A stretch of DNA of 64,000 nucleotides, taken from contig CAVQMW010000007.1 in assembly GCA_963713755.1 (NCBI GenBank), positions 220,465-284,464 on the forward strand. Reading direction: 5' to 3'. This document shows, one piece after another, positions 63,891 to 64,000 of this stretch. The notes beneath the pieces are model-generated. The model did not search any database, was not told where the DNA came from, and saw only the letters and a program-made list of their open reading frames with translations. The translations under genes were made by a program, and so were the position numbers. This stretch comes from an uncultured delta proteobacterium (GTDB taxonomy: Bacteria; Desulfobacterota; Desulfobacteria; Desulfobacterales; CAVQMW01). The first letter of the stretch is position 1. The number at the start of each line of letters is the position of its first letter.

Positions 63891-64000
63891 ATGCGCTGGC
63901 GAACAGGTCGCAGGAGCAGCAATGTTGAGGATCGGCGAAGGGGCGGCCGGGTGGTGCGCCGCAGTGTAGGCGGCGGACTGGGAGCCATCGTGATCGCGCT
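63891..64000 (+). CDS. YpfJ-family putative neutral zinc metallopeptidase (5' end only)
   Basis: MRWRTGRRSSNVEDRRRGG matches the conserved family N-terminus MRW.GRR.S.NVEDRR. RBS AGGAG is present. The gene runs off the window. Confidence 0.7.
   Translation, partial: MRWRTGRRSSNVEDRRRGGRVVRRSVGGGLGAIVIA

Overview
This is a GC-rich, gene-dense chromosomal window (about 60% GC by eye, not computed). I call about 60 protein-coding genes, most on the minus strand. I saw no rRNA, tRNA, CRISPR array, transposase, integrase or phage genes. By inference only, the gene content (rubrerythrin, FeoAB, many TRAP transporters) and the intergenic hairpin repeats suggest an anaerobic, Desulfobacterales-like deltaproteobacterium.

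Layout:
- 1-11.9 kb: metal and oxidative-stress genes. These are a DtxR-like regulator, feoA/feoB and a Cys-rich partner, rubrerythrin, and a signal-peptide-bearing Ni superoxide dismutase. Also here are SixA, glutaminyl cyclase, a YfcE phosphoesterase and a transketolase-family protein.
- 12.1-16.8 kb: a translationally coupled SBP-SBP-hybrid histidine kinase module carrying 3 frameshifts and 2 in-frame TAG codons.
- 16.9-19.3 kb: Lrp/AsnC regulator, PLP decarboxylase and a GNAT acetyltransferase.
- 19.3-40.4 kb: a long co-directional minus-strand block with two TRAP transporters, an exported nicotinamidase, a UPF0280/ApbE-like protein and a non-pyrrolysine MttB-family methyltransferase. It also holds a 508-aa Fe-S protein and an amidohydrolase that look like 6-hydroxynicotinate reductase and enamidase, a three-subunit Mo-hydroxylase, a PF06684 protein, an MmsA-type aldehyde dehydrogenase, a GntR regulator and a short OYE.
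- 40.7-64 kb: housekeeping and miscellaneous genes (mscL, slyD-like, typA, fabK/NMO-like, dgkA, pcm, dCMP deaminase). Also a DDAH plus amino-acid ABC operon, an ECF sigma module with paralogous TPR proteins and a Gly/Asn/Ser-rich secreted protein, a 558-aa orphan, and a membrane protein with about 35 near-identical AEKAA repeats.

The most interesting reading is that the 23-40 kb block is an anaerobic nicotinate (possibly also nicotinamide and N-methylnicotinate) catabolic island. Its lower pathway differs from the B12-dependent Eubacterium barkeri route.

Several families of hairpin, MITE-like and tandem repeats fill the intergenic gaps, including junctions inside that island. All functional calls rest on my reading of the translated ORFs and remembered family signatures. 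No database search was run.
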